Assembly: GCF_964355755.1 (NCBI RefSeq)
Contig: NC_092672.1
Location: forward strand, 23,511,237-23,575,236
DNA: 64,000 bases
DNA from: Antedon mediterranea
Taxonomy: Eukaryota > Animalia > Echinodermata
Direction of reading: 5' to 3'
In this document: piece after piece, positions 37,377-49,300 of the stretch
Layout of the letters: each line of letters begins with the position of its first letter
How positions within the stretch are numbered: position 1 is the stretch's first letter
Translations under genes and position numbers: made by a program
The notes under the pieces: model-generated
Seen by the model: the letters and a program-made list of their open reading frames with translations, nothing else
The model's database searches: none
What the model was told of the DNA's origin: nothing

Positions 37377-40300
37377 AAGTCCTAGAGCAAGCTGTTTAAT
37401 TGGGATTTTAATAGTAAAAAATACAGTAAAATACAAATTACAACAAATAAGAAGGTTGTAACATGTTTAGTGCAACCTATAAAACAATACAACACAACCA
37501 TTTTAGTTTTTGCTTAATTATTCAATATCGAAAACAAACAGGTGTAAGCTGACCTGGTAGGGAAGCCTGTTGCACTGATCTCAATTGTTTCAAGTTAACT
37601 TAACTAAACAAGGGTATCCACCAGTCATAGATGGGTACATTGTTAGTGCAAAAAGACACAAAACAACAGCTGTGAGCTGACCTGGTAGGGAAGCCTGTTG
37701 CACTGATCTGAATTGTTTCAAGTTAACTTAACTAAACAAGGGTATCAACCAGTCATAGATGGGTACATTGTTAGTATAAAAAGAACACAAAACAATAGCT
37801 GTAAGCTGACCTGGTAGGGAAGCCTGTTGCACTGATCTGAATTGTTTCAAGTGAACTTAACTAACAAGGGTATCAACCAGTCATAGATGGGTGCATTGTT
37901 AGTATAAAAAGAACACAAAAACAACAGCTGTAAGCTGACCTGGTAGGGAAGTCTGTTGCACTGATCTGAATTGTTTTAAAGTGAACTTAACTAACAAGGG
38001 TATCAACCAGTCATAGATGGGTACATTGTTAGTGTAAAAAGAACACAAAACAATAGCTGTAAGCTAACCTGGTAGGGAAACCTGTTGCACTGATCTGAAT
38101 TGTTTGAAGTGAACTTAACTAACAAGGGTATCAACCAGTCATAGATGGGTACATTGTTAGTATAAAAAGAACACAAAACAATAGCTGTAAGCTGACCTGG
38201 TAGGGAAGCCTGTTGCACTGATCTGAATTGTTTGAAGTGAACTTAACTAACAAGGGTATCAACCAGTCATAGATGGGTGCATTGTTAGTTTAAAGAGAAC
38301 ACAAACAATAGCTGTAAGCTGACCTGGTAGGGAAGCCTGTTGCACTGATCTCAATTGTTTCAAGAACACCGCAAGCACGTAGTTGATTTATAACATGAAC
38401 GTTATCAAAGCTGTCTGGTTGACACTCAAGACTTGGTTTGATACAGCGGATGTAGTGAGGTGTTGTTTCATGTAAAGTAGCCATAAGACTGTCCAATGAA
38501 TTCTAAGATATAAGATACAATTGTTAGATTGTTACCCCGAAGATTACATGTAAAAACTAAATGGTATCAACCAAAATAAGTATAAGTAAATACAAAATGG
38601 AGGAAATATGTCTGATAATCAAAAAATAAAATATCTTGCATATATTATTAGTTACATTTTCAACAGAAGTAAAAAAAAAAGTTGGGAAGAAATAATTTGA
38701 GTGATCCTGCAGATGTTTATTTGATTTATTTCAGCGTCATAAAAAACAATTTACAGATAAATTACAATTAATATAATATACAGGAAACAAAATATGAAAC
38801 ATCAACAATATACAAAAACAGGGATGCCGAGGATAACCCATAAAAGTCCTTGTTTCCCTGTTTTCTCCTTTTTTCAAGAAAAAGCAAAAACAACAACAAA
38901 GCAAAAAAACCTGTCTAAATTCTAAAGCAAGAGCTCAGTCTTGAAGCTATTTTTCCATACTAAATTCATCAAGAGTCTAAGTTTTGAATGAGTTTCAACT
39001 TTCAGGATTCTGTACCTTAAATTTTGATACCACTGTAGAAGTAGTCTTTTTGCCTTTTGTTTTACTTGGACTCTGAAAAAAATTCATAAAATTAACATAT
39101 TTTAGGTTAAACAGAACTATTGACATAACTGACAAGATGCAAAGACATTATAAATATCACACATTTATTCGGCATTGTTCTTTGTTTAAAAGTTTCATGA
39201 TGTAACATTGATGAAGACAGAACTTAAAAAGCAATGGTATAGTGTTAGTACGGTGTTACTACAGTGTTAGTATGGTGTTAGTATGGTGTTACTACAGTGT
39301 TAGTATGGTGTTACTACAGTGTTAGTATGGTGTTACTACAGTGTTAGTATGGTGTTACTACATTGTTAGTATGGTGTTACTACATTGTTAGTATGGTGTT
39401 ACTACATTGTTAGTATGGTGTTACTACATTGTTAGTATGGTGTTACTACATTAATGTTAGTATGGTGTTACTACATTGTTAGTATGGTGTTACTACATTG
39501 TTAGTATGGTGTTACTACAGTGTTAGTATGGTGTTACTACATTGTTAGTATGGTGTTACTACATTGTTAGTATGGTGTTACTACAGTGTTAGTATGGTGT
39601 TACTACATTGTTAGTATGGTGTTACTACATTGTTAGTATGGTGTTACTACATTGTTAGTATGGTGTTACTACAGTGTTAGTATGGTGTTACTACATTGTT
39701 AGTATGGTGTTACTACATTGTTAGTATGGTGTTACTACATTGTTAGTATGGTGTTACTACATTGTTAGTATGGTGTTACTACAGTGTTAGTTTGATGTTA
39801 CTATGGTGTTACTACATTGTTAGTATGGTGTTAGTATAGTGTTACTATGGAGTTTAAAAACAAATGATAAGATCAATCACCTGTAAACTGGTAACATTAG
39901 CATCAACTAATTGTTGCACAAACTTCTTGCTGCTAATTTTAAGCAAATCTACAAGTTCTGCTGGAATACCATCCTAAAAACATCAAATGATACACAATAG
40001 ATTAATTAGTAAATGAACATTCACCTGTGTACACTGCACATCAAATCTAATGAGCAAATATAATGTAATAGCAATAAGGTTTCCATTCAAAGTAAATATT
40101 ATAGGGATACTCAGAAAAAAAGCCATGGTAATAGGGCAGGAGGGCAAGTTGGTAAATTGATTGTTCGTTAACTTGATGAAATTGTAATATTGGAGAGCAT
40201 ATGTGGTTAAATAGGTTGAAACACTCTTGTCGTTTTTCTAAATTGATTTGTGTTAGTGAACCAATTCTTATTTTGATATAAAAACAGAGAAATGTAATAC

Positions 40301-43300
40301 TGTAAGATGAGCACGTACTCCAGACTGAAAAAAGATGGCAGCCGTAAATGTGTTCAAAAACATTATTTAACATAACAAATAATAATCTAATATAATACAT
40401 TCACATATTCTTGTCAAAGCACAGTGAAGATTTATAAATCGCAATGGAATGAATAAATTCTAGGTAATCTAGCATTTTTGTATTTGAGGATCATATAGAA
40501 TGCGTTCACGGTTATACGCTTAACACGCTGCATTGTGTATTGTTCTCACGCAGATAGGCTCAACACAGGCATATAGCAGTGCGTACTGCGTAGGGCATAT
40601 CTGATTGGTCGATTGAAAGTCGCTATTTTGTTGGTTCCCTCTCCATAGAGAATCACCTTTTGAACTGCGATAACAGAGCATTACCTATAGCTACAAACAG
40701 CCATTCATACATTTTACTGTGGTATTTATTTTCAGTTATAAGATTATGAGAAATGAGTTTAAACGAAGCAGATGCACTATTCCATAATTGTAATGCTTTG
40801 AGAAACTATTTATGAACTTCTAACCCCCTTTTTTTGTGAATATACTGTAAAACTGGCTTTCAGTTGTAAGTATATTACCTTATTCTTTTCAATTAGACCA
40901 TCCACTTGGTACGTAACTTTCTCTGCATAGTGATGCACAACAAAAGCTGGTGATGTCACTGATATATGTGCACGAGATAAGCTTGCACTGCTGATGGTGT
41001 CATAAATAAACTCACAAAATGAACTTGGATCTGAATGTCTGTTTAACTTGCATTGCTATAAACAAGATAAACTTGCAATTAGAAAGTAAATGACATAATA
41101 ACATGATTGTGATCCTTAGATGGACAGTCTCCACTAAGCACAACAACTTGTAGTTTACAACTGGTTGTGGTGTTACTGTACTTTTGCACCTAACTCACTG
41201 GGCATAAGGTCACTCACCATCACTGATGTGCAGCAGGTGAATATTGGGGTTAAGCTTGAGGTGCAAAAGTACATCAGCAGCAGGTTTTCTAGTGTAAACT
41301 AGGCTCAAAAGTCCATTATTTATCTTCTTACAAACTACAGTTTATTTATTGATTTGGGCAATCAAGACAAACTATGGTTTTCAAGACAAACTATGCCTGT
41401 CGGGTAAAAGCCACTTTTTTTCAAAATGTAAAATTCAAAATAGGAAGGAGTTATTATTTTACGACATACTGTACTACGATTGAGAAAGGCGAATTCTTAA
41501 TACAGCACTGGCACAACTCATCTTTTTGTTGTCATACATGCAGCATGGTTTCATGGTACAGCAGTTTATCTTTCAATAAAAAGTACAAACTACAGAATAC
41601 AGGTTGTCTTTTTCAACCATTATTTTTCGTCTTGCGAAAAACTATGACTTACAAACTTATTGTTTGTATTTTAATCGAAAGACAAACTACGACACCCCAA
41701 TATTCAACATCAAAAATGTTTTATTGTCAGTGGAATAGCAACACTTACTTGATTCATGAGAGCAAATATACTGATGTTGCCTTCAATAACATCAAGACAT
41801 GTTTTATTGTCAGTAAAGTCTTCAAATTGCCATGGAATTCCCTCAGATTGACAGTCATCCTAAAATAATATAAAGATGACTATTTAATCAGCAGTATGAT
41901 TATGTTTATAAAGGTTCATCATTATCACTATTAGATAAAAAAAGTGAAAGATAATTCTCATAAACTTTAATTATTATTGTTATCTTATTATCATTTTATA
42001 TTGTATTATAATTATACTGTACTAGTATTTTGATATTAAGTTTTTACAAGATTTGTTTGATATCAACTAAAAGAAGTGCCATATTATTTTTCTCCATTTT
42101 TTTTAATGAATAAAAGAACTGTTGTTATTATCACTCTTATATGGTGCTAATAAAACACTGTTGCACCAACTGTATATTGGCATACTCTATATATAGAAAA
42201 TAAGTTTGTTGGAATACCTGTTCTGCTTTGAGGAAGTTGTGCACAAAATGTTGCTGAAGTTTCTCATTTGCATAATTTATGCATAATTGCTCCAAACTGT
42301 TAAATGAAAAACTTTCAAATCCGTAGACATCGAGTAGACCAATGTAAGACTGGCAACTCCTGGCCATGGTACAGCCATTGATGAATCCAACGAGCCAATC
42401 AAAAACTCTGAAACATTAAAACATAATTTAGTCAGTCTTCAAAGCTAGTTTTTTTTGGTAAAACCAAAGTGGGGTTGAAAAAGTTTGCATGTAAACATTT
42501 TCTCCTGTTACATACTAACTATATGACAAAGAAAGAAATTAGGCAGAAAGAAGTCAGGCCATGACAGCAAGAGAGATTAGGCAGAATAAATATGAAATTA
42601 AATTGACTATGTTTCAGAGTTTGCATGGTTATTTTATTTTTGTGAATGTTTAAAGGTGTATGTACGATTTGTTGTGGGTAATCCACCTCAGTGCAGACCA
42701 GCATGCATATGGGGAAGCAAATAAAAGTTATTGGATATGTACAACATCTTCTGTGGGTTTGTTTTGAATGTATAACAGGTCAGTAAAAAGGCAAATACTG
42801 CACAACAAGATCATTTTCAAAAGAGTAAGTAGGTTTCTTTAACTACAAACAAATATAGCTTTAATGTTTGTAAAATACCTGGCATAGAGTAACTTTGCAA
42901 GACAATCTCTCCTTGTATGACATTCATCTTTTAAGCAAGGTTTCATAAAGACACTCTTTCTACGCTTGTGAGATGCAGTGATTTGTCGGAATGCAAGACA
43001 TCTAGTTAAGGCATCAACATCAAGACCAAGTAACTGTGCAGCAGCATTAACAGATGTGTCAACTCCTGATGAAGCAACATCAATAGTACAACAATATGAT
43101 ATATTGAATAATTAGTAAATTAGAAAATCTCTCTTAGGCTGAAATATTTTATCAACATTTTTTGAAGATGGAGAAGAATATTAATAAGATTATTTAAGAT
43201 TTTAAAATTATGTAATTATTAACGATATTATTTAAGATATTTTGTGACCAACCTACCATAACATTAAGGTATTCCTTATGTCCGTTTTTAGTTATTTCTC

Positions 43301-46300
43301 ATATATTATATTATGGTAGAAATAAAAACAAATTAAAAAATACTAAAAAGATATATATACTGTTGATAGAATATTTTGAATCATAAGTAAACGTCAATTT
43401 ATTATAAACATAATCTATTAAAACTTAAAAGGTTGCAACTACTTTAAGCTAAACTATAAATACTGTATGCAATCTTAAAGGTTGCAACTACTTTAAGCTA
43501 AACTATAAATACTGTATGCAATCTTAAAGGTCGCAACTACTTTAAGCTAAACTATAAATACTGTATGCAATCTTAAAGGTTGCAACTACTTTAAGCTAAA
43601 CTATAAATACTGTATGCAATCTTAAAGGTTGCAACTACTTTAAGCTAAACTATAAATACTGTATGCAATCTTAAAGGTTGCAACTACTTTAAGCTGAACT
43701 ATAAATACTGTATGCAATCTTAAAAGTCACAACTACTTTAAGCTAAACTATAAATACTGTATGCAATCTTAAAGGTTGCAACTACTTTAAGCTGAACTAT
43801 AAATACTGTATGCAATCTTAAAGGTTGCAACTACTTTAAGCTGAACTATAAATACTGTATGCAATCTTAAACGTCGCAACTACTTTAAGCTAAACTATAA
43901 ATACTGTATGCAATCTTAAAGGTTGCAACTACTTTAAGCTGAACTATAAATACTGTATGCAATCTTAAACGTCGCAACTACTTTAAGCTAAACTATAAAT
44001 ACTGTATGCAATCTTAAAGGTTGCAACTACTTTAAGCTGAACTATAAATACTGTATGCAATCTTAAAGGTTGCAACTACTTTAAGCTGAACTATAAATAC
44101 TGTATGCAATCTTAAACGTCGCAACTACTTTAAGCTAAACTATAAATACTGTATGCAAACTTAAAGATCGCAACTACTTTAAGCTAAACTATAAATACTG
44201 TATGCAATCTTAAAGGTTGCAACTACTTTAAGCTAAACTATAAATACTGTATGCAATCTTAAAGGTCGCAACTACTTTAAGCTAAACTATAAATACTGTA
44301 TGCAATCTTAAAGGTCGCAACTACTTTAAGCTAAACTATAAAAACTGTATGCAATCTTAAAGGTTGCAACTACTTTAAGCTAAACTATAAATACTTTATG
44401 CAATCTTAAAGGTCGCAACTACTTTAAGCTAAACTATAAATACTGTATGCAATCTTAAAGGTTGCAACTACTTTAAGCTAAACTATAAATACTGTATGCA
44501 ATCTTTTTATTGGTATAATACAGAAAATAATTAAACAGCATAACCTTTATATCATTTACCTTGTTTTTCAGAATCAATTTCACATGGTCCAGTGACATCA
44601 TCACTAATAAACTCTATATTTCCAAGATGAAGTATACCACTTAGAACCTACAAATAAACACATTTTCAAATTCAATTCAATAATTCAAAAAATACAATTA
44701 TAAAACATTACTATTAGATTTATGTATAAAAAACATCAAAGTCTATTATCACTTATTTATATACTACCATTTGATTTACATTACCATAAATGTGCTGGAT
44801 TAGTTCAACCAAGGCATCTAAACACGGTTCAGTTAGTTCACTGATGTTTACTGTCCTCATGTGCTGGATTAGTTCAACCAAGGCATCTAAACACATTGCT
44901 TTGGTTCAGTTAGTTCACTGATGTTTACTGTCCACATGTGCTGGATTAGTTCAACCAAGGCATCTAAACACATTGTTTTGGTTCAGTTACTAATAATATC
45001 ACCACTAAGTTTAACCATGTTTTACCAATTAATTCACTCTTCCCTGGTAAAACAATGTTTGTTAAGTAACCAGTTCTAATTAAGTAAAAGTTTCTTACTT
45101 TAAATAATTCTTGTTGCTGTGACCGGCTAAGTCCAACATTACACATTGCTTACTAACTAATGAAGTAAAAGTTTCTTACTTTAAATAATTCTTGTTGCTT
45201 TGACCTGCTAAGTCCAACATTAGACATCGCTTACTAACTAATGAAGTAAAAGTTTCTTACTTTAAATAATTCTTGTTGCTGTGACCTGCTAAGTCCAACA
45301 TTAGCAATTTCTTACTAACTAATTAAGTAAAAGTTTCTTACTTTAAATAATTCTTGTTGCTGTGACCTGCTAAGTCCAACATTACACATTGCTTGCTTTG
45401 TAACTATAAAATCTTGTTTATCCTTTTGATTACATGCATCTTCTGAACGGTTTAGTTTCACATAGTTTAAGTTGTCTGAACTCAATACATTTGGTAGTAA
45501 CCAGTTCCTCATTTCCCTTTCATTTGCGCCAAACAGCATCTATGATAATTTGAAAGAAGAAATGTTAATGATATTATTAAAAAGACTAATAATGAGAATA
45601 ATATAAACTAATAATATATTTCATGCTTTGATAACATTAGTAGTGTGAGTGCTTTTTTGCGCTATATTACAAAATATTACAAAGTGACAATTTTGTTTCA
45701 AGATGTTTAATATCAGTACCAGAAAGATCCTTTTCACATCTGCCTACATTGATCTCCAGACTTATTACATGTTTTCATATTTACTCACGAACCTTGTGAA
45801 ATCACGGGAAAAGTATTGTCATTGTATAGTTGACGGTGCTATCATTAGTACAATCTCAAGTTTGTGAGAAAAAAAAAGTCACGCTTCGATACTTTCAAAC
45901 AGGTGTACGGTCAGTTAAATACCAGGACAAAGCACAAATGCGCAGAACAAACAAAAAAACAGGCCCCTGTGAATATCAGTAGAATTTTAACAACCTGATT
46001 AAAACCAAAGGGTATATGTTTGCTATTAGCCTACTCACTTTAGAAACATGGCAACAGAAATATGCAAATGTATCACAGTTTCCAGCAGTTAAGTTAAACA
46101 GTTGGTTATCCGGTTTAAAGGTACACAAAAATGAAACATAACTAATACTAACTTGGTAAAAGATGTGAAAATTCCTGGCACCATCACATTGATAAACAAC
46201 TCTAGTTTTCTCAAGAAGATATGTCTGAATAGAAGCACCAACAACATGATTTCCACTGAAAACAAAATTGTAAAGTTAAAATAAGAATTGCTCTTGTGTG

Positions 46301-49300
46301 TAATTTCATTCTTGCCTGCTATGACACACAAAATGGCATATGTAGAAACTCATAATGCATGGCCTGTATACAGTATGTTGGTTGAACATTGACAAATAAA
46401 AATAATGTATGAAACTTACCGACTGAATTGTAGCTGAATGTACTTTCCAAAGCGGCTACTATTGTGATTCCTGGTTGTGCTAGCATTGCCTAAGAAAATG
46501 AAATAATAGTTGTCTCACAGAGATGGAGTTGTATGGAGGTGTAGGGTACTGGGTGGCAAAAAATTATTACTGTATATATATATATATACTGGTGCAGGCC
46601 ATCAAATATTGCCATCAATTCCAATTAATTCTACTAGTCTTAATGATACCAAATCTGCCAAAAATTAAATTTGAGCATAAAATCTCACCAAATTCATATT
46701 TAGAACATACTGTAAGTTCACCACTGCTGATCAACAGTTTTAGCCTATGTATTATATTAGGAGTTTAAAGGATTTTGGCACAATGACTGAAGGTTAAAGA
46801 TATGCTAGAATTACAAAATGTAAAATCAGTACACAAACTGCTTTAAATTATCATTTTAAATTTCATTTTACATAAAGCGTAAATCAATTTTAGGTTAGGT
46901 GTAGCTTTATTTATTTATTTTTAAATCAGTATGATATTTATTGACTTTTATATTTCAGTTTTCTCAGGGAAGAGTTAAATTACAATTTAATTTAACTCTT
47001 CCCTGGTTTTCTTGTAATTTTAATGGTACACTATTATTATGCTCATTTTTATTTGGTTCTCATCTCTTTATCGACTGTTCTTATTCTATTTTTTTCTTTA
47101 TCTGTTGATGATAATGATGATGAATATAGAATATTTTATAATATTGATATGATTTAAAAATGCTGATTTTGTATATTTAACAAAAATAAAGGTCTAACTT
47201 CTAGCGATCTTTCTTAGGACCATAACAGTACATAGATGTTTTTACATTTGAGAATGACATGTGTATCTTACTGTACTTTATTAAAGATAAACATAATAAT
47301 TACCAAATGCTTCAAGAATAGGATTTGAGTCTAATATTCTACGTTCAATGCAATCTGCTGGTGATGGTGTAAAACCACTATGAACAAAAAAGACAACAAG
47401 TTATCACAAATAAGTAACAAAACAGAGACAAATCTATAATTATGATGAAATAAAAACTGTAATTTTACACACATGAGAGTGTTTAATGATATTAAATTAA
47501 ATGTGTTTATTTTTATTACCCAGGGTTACATACTGCCACCATTGTCAGATATTTTAGTAAACATCTTGCATTCCATGTCTGTAATAAAACAATAATAAAT
47601 AACAGAGAATAACAAACGTTTTTGTATTTTCACAAAAAATATTGACTAAACTGCATTTGTGAAAATGGGTTGCCAACATTCCCTCTTTGCACGTCTGGCA
47701 AGCATTTATGTGACATTCAATAAATGCTGATTTTGTAACAGTGTCCTTTGAAACAGTAAAAACAAATTATAGCACTCTCTATTACTTGTCCATGCTTTTA
47801 GCCTCTCTATTTTTATTTAAGTTTGGGCCTCTCCATTATTTCAAAATAAACAAGAAATGGTTTTAAAGGTAAAAAATTGACTCTGATTACATTGGTGAAA
47901 ACAAACGTAAAACTGAAATTGTTGAATTACCTTTCCAGAACCACTTTCACCGCTGACAATTATTGACTGATTAATCTTGTCTAGTCTTCTAGTAAGATTA
48001 CACAAAGCTGTTTCTGCAATTCCAAATACATGTGGTGGGTGTGCCTGAAAAAAAATAAAATAAAAAGATGTATATTCCCCAAAAAAACATGAAAATGAGG
48101 ATTAATAAATCAAGCCATTTTGCTGTTTTAAAAAAGTTATTCATTTTAAAGAAATAAAAACAAACAAATATAGTGTTTTTACTTTAAAAAAAGACAAAAT
48201 TAATGGTTAAATTTAACCAAATGTTAAAAAATTACAGTTTTTCAGGTAAATAATGTTTTTTTTCTTCAAATTTTTGGTCAAAGTGAATAACTACAGTATT
48301 ATGTGACATAAAATAGCATATTCAGCAAAACAATTATCTTTTCAGAGGAGCTCTGCATATATCTCTAAGTTCTCACTTCTAAGTGCAACTGAGGACATAT
48401 TAATATTTTTGCCCAATATTGAAGATAAAGTGAAGTCAAGATTTTAATAGTGATGTCACGAACATATAAATTTTCCTAAAAATCAATAGTATACTAGCGA
48501 ATTATTGTTTACCTTTTGATCACTATGGTAACGATGAATCATATGAACATCAAAATGTCCAGTTTCTTTGAAAGGATTTAAAGTAACAAGGGTGTTGCCA
48601 GTCTGAGTGTGGTATCTACCAGCTAAGTAGCGCTCACGTAAACAGTTCAGCACTATGAACAGAAAACATTAGAAGTAACAAGTGTGTTGCCAGTCTGAGT
48701 GTGGTATCTACCAGCTAAGTACCGCTCATGTAAACAGTTCAGCACTATGAACAGAAAACATTTTGTTAAGTAACAAGTGTGTTGCCAGTCTGAGTGTGGT
48801 ATCTACCAGCTAAGTACCGCTCATGTAAACAGTTCAGCACTATGAACAGAAAACATTTTGTTAAGTAACAAGTGTGTTGCCAGTCTGAGTGTGGTATCTA
48901 CCAGCTAAGTACCGCTCATGTAAACAGTTCAGCACTATGAACAGAAAACATTTTGTTAAGTAACAAGTGTGTTGCCAGTCTGAGTGTGGTATCTACCAGC
49001 TAAGTACCGCTCACATAAACAGTTCAGCACTATGAACAGAAAACATTAGAAGTAACAAGTGTGTTGCCAGTCTAAGTGTGGTATCTACCAGCTAAGTACT
49101 GCTCAAGTGTGTTGCCAATATTTTGTCAAATTTTCTTCAAATTATTCGCTGTTCTACTCTAAAAATGTATTACTGAACTATAAATTTTATTTTAAAGTGA
49201 GTATTTAATTTGGAAAAATTTGAAGGAAAATGTTGGATTCATCCAAATTGTGGTCTTTGATCTCTAATTAGTTAGAGGGAGGCAACAGCTAATGGTAACA

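Noticed and set aside
41374-41868. 164-aa plus-strand ORF
   Set aside because: It is antisense to MYO19 exon 14 and its intron, with no recognisable motif.
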